Positions 11,756-22,738 of a stretch of DNA of 32,902 bases are shown piece after piece. This DNA is from Octopus bimaculoides (Eukaryota): positions 40,766,087 to 40,798,988 of the forward strand of contig NC_068988.1 in NCBI RefSeq assembly GCF_001194135.2, in the 5' to 3' direction. Numbering within the stretch: the stretch's first letter is position 1; every line of letters starts with the position of its first letter. Both the position numbers and the translations under genes were made by a program. A model generated the notes under the pieces. That model was not told where the DNA came from, did not search any database, and saw nothing but the letters and a program-made list of their open reading frames with translations.

Positions 11756-12095
11756 CTCATTAAAGGTCTGTGATATGCAGGACACTGACTGGGAGAACAA
11801 TGCCTGTCATCGTCACAGATGGAGGAAGCAGTTTAAGGAGGGGATCGACATTTTTAAGAGAGCACGTATCCAGCATGAAGAACTTAAGCAAGCTGCGCGA
11901 AAGCGCACGACTCGTATAGTGAATGGGGAAAGCTTGGTCTGCAATGTTTGCAGTCGTGTATGCTTGTTAAGAGCAGGGCTCATTAGTCACCAACGGAGCC
12001 GCAAATGCAAAATATAAGCTAGTCCTAGAGCACACAATGTTCCTGAAGGTCGGCAATGGTCTTCTTCGGTCACGAGTGGACGGCCATCATGTATG
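11756..12095 (+). mobile_element. 3' end of an RTE (BovB-like) LINE between (TATG)n tracts
   Basis: LKVCDMQDTDWENNACHRHRWRKQFKEG...VCNVCSRVCLLRAGLISHQR is the RTE C-terminal pattern (W...A.DR..WR...C..C.R.C.SRIGL.SH.R); short 3' UTR ending GGACGGCCATC then (ATGT)n; (TATG)n also at 11697-11755. Confidence 0.8.
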
Positions 12096-12619
12096 TATGT
12101 ATGCATGTATTGAAATTTCATTTTGTTTATTTCGAATTTGTCTTTGCCTCAACCACCCAAAATTTCTGTCTCTTTGTCCTCCGATTCTCTCGATACACGC
12201 AACTATTGCCTATCCCTTATAGCTCTATCGCTCTTACTCTCTCTCATCTCCTTCTCTCTGTTCCTCTTCTCCTTCTCCCCCTCCATCTCTTGCTCCATAG
12301 TGAAGTACTCACGCACGAGTCAAAGTCAACAATTCATGAAAACATGAAATGAGCGTCTGTTTGCATGTTTGTGTATCTGTGGTTATATTGACAGAAAGGG
12401 GATGAAGACAACAATCTACGGAGTCAAAATAAGCTCTACTTCCAAAACAGAAAATATAGTAACTGCCACATGAAGGACAACATAGATAAGATCGACCGAA
12501 AAGGAAACCATTTAAAAAGAAAATACTTGTCACAAAGGAAATAAAAAGAAAAAGATAAATCGTTAATAGACTATAAAGTTATTAGATTAGGTAGATATTA
12601 ATGACTTAAAATTCCTTGA

Positions 12620-12810
12620 GGTGCAGACGTAGGTGTGTGGTAAGAAGTTTGCGTCTCGGCTACATGGTTCCAGCTTCAGTTCTATTACAATTGTCTTGAT
12701 CTGGGTGCTGACCAAAGCCCCGGGTCGACCAAAGCTTCTGTGTTTGTCCTGCACCACAGATTCACAACCGGTATTGGTTTGTTTATATCCTCTGTAAATT
12801 AACTGTTCGG
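12620..12810 (+). mobile_element. Degenerate copy of the two-part tRNA-derived SINE (internal deletion)
   Basis: GGTGCAGACGTAGGTGTGTGGTAAGAAG...GGGTCGACCAAAGC joined to GTGTTTGTCC...CACAACCGGTATTGG. Confidence 0.55.
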
Positions 12811-12964
12811 GGGAAAAAGAGACGGATGTAGCTATAGTTACTATTTTTGTAGGTCGAACTACATATATACATGTTCACACACACACACACACACACATAC
12901 ACATTAAGTAATTCTTTCTAGTATAAGCACAAGACCTGAAATTTGGAGGGAGAGGGATAAACGA

Positions 12965-13178
12965 TTCTTTTCTACTCTAGGCATAAGGCCTGAAATTTTG
13001 GGGGAGGAGGCTAGTCGATTATATCGACCCAGTACGCAACAGGTACTTAATTTATCGACTCGGAAAGGATAAAAGGCAAAGTAGACCTCGGCGGAATTTG
13101 AACTCAGAACATAAAGACAGACGAAATACCGCTAAGCATTTCGCCCGGCGTGCTAACGTTTCTGCCAGCCCGCCGCCT
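12965..13178 (-). mobile_element. tRNA-derived SINE, head + conserved central domain + GCCTTGTGCCTAGAGTAGAAAAGAAT-type tail
   Basis: Minus strand: GGCGGCGGGCTGGCAGAAACGTTAGCACGCC (A box)...GAGTTCAAATTCC (B box)...TTTGCCTTTTATCCTTTCCGAGTCGATAAATTAAGTACC. From memory the central segment resembles the Meta/Sauria-type SINE domain. Extra tail fragment at ~12910-12960; partial copy at 13215-13330. Confidence 0.85.
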
Positions 13179-13523
13179 TGTGGGATAGACGATTACAGTG
13201 ACGCAAGTGTTCAACTGGCCCTTATTTTGTCGATTCCAAAAGGATGCAAGACAAGGTCGGCCTCGACAGAATTTAAACTCAGAGCATAAAGACGGGCGAA
13301 ATACTGCTAAACGCATTCTTCCAGCGTGTTGTTTACATTCTACAGCAGTAATTGTTTTCACATCAATAGACGTCAGTAATTGGTTGAAATCACCGAAATA
13401 CGACAACTTTTAACATGAAATAACTTCGAATGTAAAATTCTTTCTGTTTTATAAGACAAAGTATTTCCCAATCACACGGTTCCGGATACAATCCCACTGC
13501 ATGGCACGTTGGGCAAACACTGG

Positions 13524-14068
13524 AATTTAAAGGTCATGTTGTTGTACACCTATTACACAATTTTTTTTTTTGCTCGGGTCAAACACGAGTTTAAAGGTCA
13601 TGGTCTGACGACGTGAACTTTCCGAGTCCTCTCCCCTACCCACCGTTCGCGAGTGTGCATTTTTTTTTTCATATTCATTTACAGCAAGTTGTTTTACACC
13701 TATTACACTATTTTTCTTTTATGTTAGCTGTGGTGAGACGACTCGGAACATTCTCGATGTGAACTTTCCGTGTCCTCTCCCCAAACCCCGTTGCGAGCGC
13801 GCATTGTTTTTATCATTTTCGTTTTACACCTATAACACTATTTATTATTATTATTATTATTATAATTATTATTATTATTATTATTATTATTTTTACTCGG
13901 GTCAAACACTAGAGTTTAAAGGCCATGGTCTGACGATGTGAATTTTCTGAGTCCTCTCCCCCACTCCCCGTTTGCGAGCGCGCATTATTTATTCATATTC
14001 GTTTACAGCAAGTTGTTTTACACCTATTATGGTATTTTTTTTTTTTTTTTTTTGCTCGAGCCAAACCC
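13524..14068. repeat. Tandem array of a ~160-180 bp unit (about three copies plus partials) separated by T-rich or (TAT)n tracts
   Basis: Unit GCTCGGGTCAAACAC..GAGTTTAAAGG(T/C)CATGGTCTGACGA(C/T)GTGAACTTTCCGAGTCCTCTCCCC...GCGAGCGCGCATT...TTTTACACCTATTAC at 13572, 13757 (partial), 13896 and 14054 (start only). Confidence 0.85.
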
Positions 14069-14552
14069 TTTAGTTTGACCGCATTTTCATAAATTTGTCC
14101 TGAACGTCCATGCTCGTTTACAGGCTTTTAGTTAGACATTGTTCCATATATTCTAAGTTATATAAAGCTTTCTCTTCATCAGTCCCAATCTACTCTGGTA
14201 GTAACAAAACAGTGGGAATATGTTTCATATATAATGCCTAGATGTCATAGAAACATGTCGTGTGTGTCACATGAAGTGCACAGGACATGCAAAGTTTTAA
14301 GTAACCTTAAGGAAATCATATTCACAGAGAATTTATCACAATAAAGGAAATTGTTTTCCCTTTAGAAAGGATGGTAATTGATAACAAACGATAATACATT
14401 ATTTTGATATACACCAACTGTCGTTTTCATTTATCTGTTGTTAGGTTTAAACGAAATTTTATATTTTCTTTTACATTAGATTGTTGCTTCTTTTTCCTCG
14501 TTGCTAATGTTATCATCAGCATATCTACCAGTTCTTTATTTATACATATGCA

Positions 14553-14602
<50 letters not shown>

Positions 14603-14825
14603 TGTGTTTCTATGTATCTATCTGTATATCTTTATTATTTATTATCTGTTATATATATCTACAGTAATATACATCTGTACATGCAGAAATATATATATAC
14701 GTATGTACACACAAAATATACACGATTTGGCAGATAGTCAATAATGTTTATTGATCTTAAATTGCTAATAGGAAAAGAAGAGTTTCAAACTTCTTGTTAA
14801 TATGCTATTTTAAAGTTAAAACATC

Positions 14826-14843
14826 AACAACAACAACAATAAC

Positions 14844-14878
<35 letters not shown>

Positions 14879-14891
14879 TAATAACAATAAT
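14826..14891. repeat. (AAC)/(AAT)n microsatellite
   Basis: Direct reading of the sequence. Confidence 0.9.
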
Positions 14892-15879
14892 GATTTCTTT
14901 TATTTGCCATAAGGGAGAAGGATGAGGAGGACAATACAAAGACAGACATAAAGGGTGGGGTTTACATATAATGAAATGATTAAAAAAAGACAAAAGAAAG
15001 AATACACGGTATACACTGAAAGAGATGGGACATGTGCACAGCATATAAAGGTTTAACCCCCCCCCCCCAAAAAAAAAGTAGCAGGGAGGATGTTAGAGAT
15101 GTGGCCCTCTTGATACAGGAAGGCCTCTAGGGATAATTGAGGAGCCCCACTGTCCGAGATTTCCCTGAAACCCCAGGAGCAAGTGCCCTCTCCAATTCCT
15201 TCTCGCCGTCTCACAAGTCTACACTTAGAGAAACACCATCCACTTTTGCTATTTTCACAACTTCACCCACCTTTCAATAAACTCGCTCGAGGACAACACT
15301 TCCCTCTCCACACTCAGTTTCCTTATCAACTGAAACAAGAAGTCAATGAGAGCTCTACCAAAGAGGAATGTATCTGTCCTCATGCCTTTCAGCTTTGTCC
15401 ACCGAGCAACCTCTTTCGCCACTGCCACCAGGCAAAGGAAAACTGCCTTGCCTACCCGACTGAAGGGCGACGGTGTGGTCATCACTACAGACTCGGCCGA
15501 CAGACGGATCCGTCCCACACGTGACAGTAGCTGTTCGACATAAACTCACAAGTCAGTAATGCCCGGACACTGAACAAGAGCGTGCAGAACGGTTTCGTCA
15601 CTCTGAGCGCACCTCGTGCAAGCTCGTCTGACAGCACATCTGTGCCTGTAGAGTTTATATCGAACCGGTAGCACCCACCGGTAGCACCCACCGGTAGCAC
15701 TGCCAGGCCAAGAACATCTGGAAATTATCCATGATAGTTCTGACTGGAAAGTCCTCCGGAACAGACTAGCCAGTTCGCTCACGTCGGCACCCAGATTCTC
15801 CTCGAGAGTGACGTCACACTTCCCCGCCACTAATCCTCTATAAATTTCTAAGCGGAACATCCGTAATCCTATTGCCCGA
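14892..15879 (-). mobile_element. 5'-truncated Tx1/L1-clade LINE: ORF2 C-terminus with zf-RVT-like Cys/His motif and 3' UTR
   Basis: LPVRYKLYRH...RACTRCAQSDETVLHALVQCP...FLCLVAVAKEVARWTKLKG...FIERWV; 3' end CCCTTATGGCAAATAAAAGAAATCA followed by (TTA)n; (TAA)n also at the 5' junction (15880-15892). Confidence 0.8.
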
Positions 15880-15892
15880 CTAATAATAATAA

Positions 15893-16184
15893 CAGTCCCA
15901 AATGATGAAAAAAAATCAAAGGACCTAGCCAATGAATTACAGAGACTATGGAAAGTGCGGGTAAAATGCATCCCAGCAGTAATAGGTGCACTGGGAATTA
16001 TCCCTAAAGATCTGAACAGATGGATGGAGGAAATAGGCGTAAAACCCAGTTTAGTACAACTCAAGGAAACAGTATTATTAGGGATATTTAGGATACTTAG
16101 GAGGGTTCTTAGCATCTAAGGTTACTTGCTGCAGCCTGATGTTATGTTTTTTTCTAACATTCTAATCTGTTGTGTATACATGAA
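15893..16184 (+). mobile_element. R4/Dong-type 3' fragment (distinct subfamily)
   Basis: KSKDLANELQRLWKVRVKCIPAVIGALGIIPKDL...VLLGIFRILRRVLSI* (stop 16117-16119), 3' UTR, then (AAT)n at 16185-16236. Confidence 0.8.
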
Positions 16185-16236
<52 letters not shown>

Positions 16237-16622
16237 GAAAAAATGCTTTCTAATTGATGTATCAATACCAGCAGATGGCAACGTTTCCCTAAAAGAAATG
16301 GAAAAACTTTTAAAATACAATGACCTGGAAATAGAGGTAACTCGAATGTGGAATCTAAAAACAGAAACAATTCCTATCATAGTAGGTGCCTGAGGTATAA
16401 TAAAAAAATATTCAGACAAATACATAACAAAACCACCAGGACTTACAAATATATATAACATACAGAAAATTGCACTACTGGGCACTGCATACATCCTACA
16501 CAAAACACTTTCAATACAGTAACCATAAGAGCATCAAAGCAAACCACAGCACATACCCAAGGCACACAGAGCTGCGCTCGGTAGTGAAGTCAAAGCACGT
16601 TATAAAAATAAAACTACTGAAC
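16237..16622 (+). mobile_element. R4/Dong-type 3' fragment (same subfamily as 1-298)
   Basis: IDVSIPADGNVSLKEMEKLLKYNDLEIEVTRMWNLKTETIPIIVGA*...QKIALLGTAYILHKTLSIQ*; followed by (AAT)n at 16623-16691. Confidence 0.85.
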
Positions 16623-16687
<65 letters not shown>

Positions 16688-16689
16688 TA

Positions 16690-16899
16690 ATCCTTTCTGC
16701 TATAGACACAAGGCTTGAAATTTTGCGGGAGGCGAGTAGTCGATTACATCCACCCCCAGTGTTTCACTGGTACTTAATTTATCGACCAAGAAAGGATGAA
16801 AGGTAAAGTCGACCTCGGTGGAATTTGAACTGAGAACGTAAAGACGGACGATATGCCGTTAAGCGTTTTTCCGGTGTGCAAATGATTCTGCCAGCTCGC
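16690..16899 (-). mobile_element. tRNA-derived SINE (family of 12965-13178) whose tail runs into (TTA)n
   Basis: Same head, central domain and tail motifs as 12965-13178. Confidence 0.8.
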
Positions 16900-17205
16900 A
16901 GAATCGATGTTGCAGTACCAGGAGATCGACATATGAAAGAAAGAGAAAATATGGTAAATATGGAGACCTGAGAATTGAGATCGCCAAGATATAGCAGCTA
17001 CGAGAATCAAACAAAGGTTGTCCCTATTGTCATCGGAGCATTGGGCTCAATACCACCCAACCTGAAAAAACATCTGAAAACTTTAGAAATACCCGAAGAA
17101 ATTGGCATTACTTGGAACTGCACGTATATTGCGTAGAGTACTGTCTGTCTGAGGTCGTTGTTATGACTTGACAGACAGTACAAACCTCCCGGTAGACACA
17201 ATATC

Positions 17206-17206
<1 letters not shown>
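16900..17206 (+). mobile_element. R4/Dong-type 3' fragment (another subfamily)
   Basis: IDVAVPGDRH...YGDLRIEIAKI...KVVPIVIGALGSIPPNLKKHLKTLEIP...LLGTARILRRVLSV*; followed by (AAT)n at 17207-17284. Confidence 0.8.
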
Positions 17207-17239
<33 letters not shown>

Positions 17240-17640
17240 TATTAATAATAATAATAATAATAGTAATAATATTAATAATAATAACTTTTGTTCATCTTCA
17301 TAAAAATATACGCAATTAATTTCTGTTAATTTTGCGAGATTATTATTACCATTTGATACTTTGTTGACCACACCCCTTATGAAGAACCGTGTGCAAAGCA
17401 CACTTCGAAGAGTCCTTAAAACATAAGGCCAATCTTTTTACAGCAATCAGTGTGGACTCGGGGATGCACTGTTTCTCAGTGATCTGTACAATGGCTGATC
17501 AAGAGAAATTAGTTGAAATAACCTTTAACCTTTATAAATCAATACTTATCAGGAGATACTGCCCGTAGAAAACGATTATAATCAAAGCTGTTCTCTCTCA
17601 GACATTTTTCAAATTCTTTTTGGCACATAGAAATTCATAG

Positions 17641-17677
<37 letters not shown>

Positions 17678-18799
17678 ATGAGACATTTGTCGGGCCAGAC
17701 CCGTCACAACGCGTTCCAGAACCCTTATTGCCATTTACGGTCTTACTTTTACAAGCAATGCCTGTACATGACAATTTTTATAGTAGTGAAATGATCTGCA
17801 CAAATCCAATCCCATTCTCTGAACAGGGACAACATAAACTCGAAAACAAAAACCAGTCTACATCATAGAATATTGTTAGTGCTGCAGGTTTTCTCTCAGA
17901 GCTTCCTTCTCCTACAGAGATGTGACAACAGAGGAACCTCACACACCCAATGGGACAACAGCACGCCTGGACATCAATCTCGGTATTTCCACGTCCCCAC
18001 GCATACATACATATATATATATACATATGTACACATATATTGTTGGATGGTCGTTGACTGCTCAAGGGTTCTTCCGCCCTTTGACAGGTCTTATTTTACG
18101 TCCTGCAGGGTGTCCAACAATCACCTTTCCCATGAAGCAAGCTTGATGGAGTTGCCAATTTAGTCGCCAACGACCCGACCATGCAACAGGTTGTACTTGG
18201 TTGTATGTTACCAGTAGCATTCAAGAGCGACCTGACATAACATACCCATCTACCGACCTACCTACCTAACTACATACTTACATGCATACATACATATCTA
18301 TCAATCTACTTATCTAGGCATCAGTTTGTTTGTCTCTCTGTTTGTCTGTCTGGTTTGCTGGCTTTCTGGTTGGCTGGCTGGCTGGCTGGCTAGCTTGCCA
18401 ATATAATATCATCTAACTGCAATTAGACCAATTTAATAGTTAAGAAAATGTTAGATTATCGCTGTATTATCGGTCCATTATTTTCTTTACACTATCATTG
18501 AATTGTTTTGCAATTTGTTCATACAGTTATATTTTCCTTCATCAATTCCTATATGTACCCCATCTGCTGTCTTTCAGTTACCATATCAAGCGTCATTGTC
18601 TTTCAGCACCAACCCCACAATAAACCCTGTTGATTTCTACATACATATCCTCTGTTTCTCATCACTACTATCATCACCATCAACATCATTATCACAACCA
18701 GGATTTTCTTCACTAGCACCACCTTTGCCACCTCTACTATCACCAACACTATCATCAGCACATGTAGCAGTACCGCCACCACCGCCATTGTCATCATTC

Positions 18800-19020
18800 C
18801 GGGGATTCTCTACTTGGTTGCTCGACCTGTTAGAAGTAGTAACCAAATCGCCTTCCAGTCAAAACCTGCTTTCTTAAAAAAAGGGAAGGGGATTGGATAA
18901 TGTAGTCTGGGCTATAACATACAAACAGGAAAGGCAGTATAGTCACGGCTGGAAAGCTGCTGGAAATAGTTATGTTGAATCAGGGCCGAATCGGGGCTAA
19001 AAAACAACAACACAATCGAC
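18800..19020 (+). mobile_element. 3' part of a SINE-like repeat ending in (AAC)n; related copies at ~19850-20150
   Basis: GGTTGCTCGACCTGTTAGAAGTAG...GGATAATGTAGTC...GTCACGGCTGGAA...GGGGCTAAAAAACAACAAC resembles GGTTGCTCGACATGTTGAAAATA...GATGATGTAGTC...GTCGTGGCTGGAA at 19977-20105. Confidence 0.55.
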
Positions 19021-19124
19021 TTCACCACCAACACCTGCACCTGCATTATTATTACCACCGTCCCAGACGATAATACCAATTGAGTTTCTATGTAGCCGTT
19101 AATCTGGCTAGAAATAGCAGCCAA

Positions 19125-19790
19125 ATCGGATCTTTTCTGTTTGGCTACACTTTTAGGAATTTTAAAATTAAGTGAAAATTTAAAAATTTGGTATATTGAT
19201 GTAGTTTTTCACGCTGAATCTTGGAGTTTAACTCGCTTGTTCCAGAAATTTTTTTTACAGAAGTGATAAATTTGATAATTTTTATCCAGTCAGAAAACAG
19301 GATTTGGAAGCTGTCATTTTGTGCGTAACTTCAATCATAAGACAACAGAAAATTGCGACGATAGCACGTGTTTTAAGCATTTAACAAGAGAAAATGACCA
19401 AAACGGCGAGTCAGCAAACATAAATTTTGTAGTTTTAAGCATCCAATATGCATTTAATATGAAAAAAGAGTAAACAAGACATTTTGTAGTTTTAAGAACA
19501 GATAAAAACTGTAAACAAATGAAATATTTCATAAACACACGTGGCTTATACAAGAAAGTTCCCAACACCTCACTTGTTACTATGGAAACAGGCACCTATA
19601 TGTCTGTGACTTTCGATAGGCTAAAATTACCCAAAATTTGCAAACTTTAAAAGCTATCAACTCATTGTTTATTGAATTGCGTGTCAATATTTACCATGCT
19701 AAACTACATCGGCTCACCAAATTTAAAATCAATCGGGACAGAATTGAAGAACAAAAAATATCCGCCAAATCATTTTCAGATCACACGCAA
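19125..19790. mobile_element. Probable non-autonomous DNA transposon (inverted subterminal motifs, family unresolved)
   Basis: AAATTTGGTATATTGATGTAGTTT (19184-19207) is mirrored by AAACTACATCGGCTCACCAAATTT (19701-19724); true termini not identified. Confidence 0.3.
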
Positions 19791-20769
19791 CAGATTTAAG
19801 AAAAGGGAAGAATGCTTTAGATGAAGTAGTTTATTCCAACCGTGAGCAATAACACGGGATGGTTGCGGCTGGAACGTCTTTGATGTAATCTTCCAAATCA
19901 AGGCTGACCTCAGGTTAAGCAACAGCATCGTCAATAGTACAACCGTCACCAACGAACCAGCGAATGAGTCTCTAAGTGGTTGCTCGACATGTTGAAAATA
20001 ACTCCCAAATGATACCCTATTGTCATAAGGAAGAAGGAAGACACATTTGATGATGTAGTCTTGTATACATTGCATGAATGAAAATGCGATGGTCGTGGCT
20101 GGAACGGCTTTCATTATAGAACTCATCAATGAGTGCTAACCTGAGGCCAAATTATAAGACATCTCACACCTATCCCTTCGCCAACACCATCAAACCGCCA
20201 CCGACTTTTATCCCTCTTTTCAATGTATTTATTATTGAAAGTGAACACTCTCAACAAACAGCACTCCAGTAGCAGAATACAATAAAGATTCCGTAGACGA
20301 CACACGACACTCCCTACCGCACACATGCACGCAGGCACACACACGCACACACACACATACTCACACACACACACATACTCACACACAATTTGAACACACC
20401 GTGACCAGCCATTAACAAACCGACTGGCTGCAGGGCATTGCTGTAATCTACGAAGCCAGAACAAATTTTAGATTTCACAAACTCATAAAGAAATAACAAT
20501 TCAATACTTAAAGTAAAATGTAAAGCATCACTCTCACTCCCTCCCTCTCTCCCCTTCTCTCTCTCTCTCTCTCTCTCTACCTCTTTCTTTTGCTTTCACC
20601 TTTCATAGACACATGAAGAGGGACACACTCACACCTTGACATTCATGTACACACTGCATGGTGTACAGTTTATAGACTTTATATTTATGAGGAATCAGTT
20701 AAGGATTCATTCACTCCATTACTTCACGAAGTTTCATGCACATAGGACACGTAATTCATTATTCAACAG

Positions 20770-20945
20770 TTTCTTCTAACTTTCACATGCTTCAGTTATT
20801 GGGTTACAATCATGCTGGAGCATCGCATTGAAGGGTTTATCCAAACTAATGAACTCCAGTACTTATTTGTTTTTTAATGATACTTATTGTATCGGTCTCT
20901 TTTGCAAAACCGCTAGGTTACAGGGACGTAAGCACACCAACACCA
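20770..20945 (-). mobile_element. 3' half of the two-part SINE
   Basis: CATGCTGGAGCATCGCATTGAAGGG...TATCGGTCTCTTTTGCAAAACCGCTAGGTTACAGGGACGTAAGCACACCAACACC. Confidence 0.65.
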
Positions 20946-21234
20946 TCAGACTACCAGAAAATCATGGTTACACCAATGCTTCAACTCTTTATTTGTACTG
21001 ATTTGTAAATATTCAATTGTATTGTATAATGTTCAGCATGCATATTAGTGCAGACGAACATTATTCTACATTGAATTTATTATTACACGAGGAAGGCGGA
21101 CAAGTGGTTAATAAAGGATGACAAGTGGTTAAATAAATATATTCACCCCTCATACCTCCTGACTTTTTATGGTATATACATACATATATACATATACATA
21201 TGTGTGTGTGTGCGTGTGTGTGTGTGCATGTGTG

Positions 21235-21390
21235 GGTTTGTCCACCACTGCCGCTTGACAATTGATATTGGTGCGCATATGTCACCCTAAGATAGCGGTT
21301 GGCAAATGAGACTGAAAAAATAAGTACCAGGCTTTAAAAAACAATAAGTCCTGGGGTCGATTTGTTCGACTAAAACCCTTCAAGGTAGCT
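21235..21390 (+). mobile_element. 3' half of the two-part SINE, preceded by a (TG)n tract
   Basis: GTTTGTCCACCACTGCCGCTTGACAA...AATAAGTACCAGGC...CTGGGGTCGATTTGTTCGACTAAAACCCTTCAAGG. Confidence 0.7.
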
Positions 21391-22540
21391 ACGCTTGTGC
21401 CACTTTTAAGATTAAAGTGTATGAGTTGAGTGAGATTTAGCTGCTGTTTCTCGCAGGTCCAGTAACTCCATAGTATCTCTCTCATTGACTCATTTCGGTT
21501 TTCAGTACAGATAAGGTCTTGCAAATTGACTGATCGATGGCTTGAGTAACTTATCTAATGAGTGACGTTCTTGCTATGTAGGAAAACGAAAATCCTTTTT
21601 GATTCAAATACTAATTTTAATTGCTTGAGCCATAAAGCTAACAAAACGCGTGAAACATTTTACTGTTGTTTTAATGGTGCAGAATATTAAAATATGCTGT
21701 AAGGGGTCCATGCAAACCTCTGCTGTTACTTTTTAAAGAATACAATCAGTTCATATGCCTTGTAAAACATCAGAAGTTTTTTTTTTTTTCTTTTTTTTTT
21801 AACCTAGGCACATTATATGAAAATCCGTCGTTTCATGAAAATATATCAAATACATTATAGAAAATAAATCACTGAAGTTACTTACTCAGAGAGGCCACCT
21901 GTAAAAGAAAAGGAACAAGAGCTAATCTAATGTTAGCATTAGTGTATTGTGCATCAAAAGTTCAGTTATAAATATTTATGCTATGAGAAAACGACATTAG
22001 CTGATAGATTACTATTACTTAAAATAGTTAAGTATGAGAAACAATTTCGAAACATTGCGGTTTTATTAGAACTCCTCAGTGAAAATGTTGACTTTATGAT
22101 GCTTGTCACAAAAGATATCCTAAAAGTAGTTATCAAATCCATTAGCACTAATTTCTGAGCTCAAAATCTGTAGGATTTTTTGTTGTTGTTAGTTTGTTAT
22201 TAAAGGATGTTATTTAAAAAAAAATAGTTATAAAAAATAAGTAGGAATATATACAAGTTAATTTCATCACTACAGCATATCATTTGAATAATTAAAGAAA
22301 AAAAGAATTATGAAAGTGGCAAAATTATTAGGAAAATACACTAACAGAAAAAGTAAATTGACTGACAAAATAATTAGTGACTTTGAATTCAAACGCCATC
22401 GAAGTCAACTTCAATTTTCTTCCTTCTGGTGTTGATAAAACAAGCAACAATCAGGAATTATGTTTGATGTAATCAACTGTTCTCTACATACAAAGCATGT
22501 GACTATTTGAGCATACTAGAAATCAACATTAGTGACTTAA

Positions 22541-22738
22541 TGCTTCTCATTTTGGCACAAGGCCAACAATTTCGGGAGAGTGGGTAAATCGATTACATCG
22601 ACTACAGTGCTCAAGTGGTACTTATTTTATCGACCCCGAAACGATGAAAGGCAAAGTCGATCTTGGCAGAATTTGAATTCATAACGTATAGACAAACGAA
22701 ATGCCGCTAAGCATTTTGCCTGGCATGCTAACGATTCT
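22541..22738 (-). mobile_element. tRNA-derived SINE interrupted in its A-box by the 22739-24454 element
   Basis: Tail, central domain and B box present; the head starts at AGAATCGTTAGCATGCC, and the first ~14 nt (GGCGGCGAGCTGGC) are not adjacent. Confidence 0.85.

Noticed and set aside
13572-13660. Minus-strand GTTCACGTCG resembles the CPEB3 HDV-like L3 loop
   Set aside because: P3 has a mismatch, no P1 pairing partner was found, and there is no catalytic J4/2 C.
14135-14190. Minus-strand CTGATGAAGAG...GAATATAT hammerhead-like relic
   Set aside because: Stem II and GAAA are too degraded to support a call.
15664-15700. 13-bp unit ACCGGTAGCACCC repeated ~2.8 times inside the Tx1 ORF2
   Set aside because: Ordinary slippage duplication that shifts the frame; not a CRISPR-like or functional array.
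18020-18240. Minus-strand segment resembling an RTE 5' UTR with possible HDV-like fold (GTCG-TTGG-CGAC-TAAA-TTGG)
   Set aside because: The L3 loop lacks the UCC.CG consensus and P1 cannot be formed; family identity not supportable by eye.
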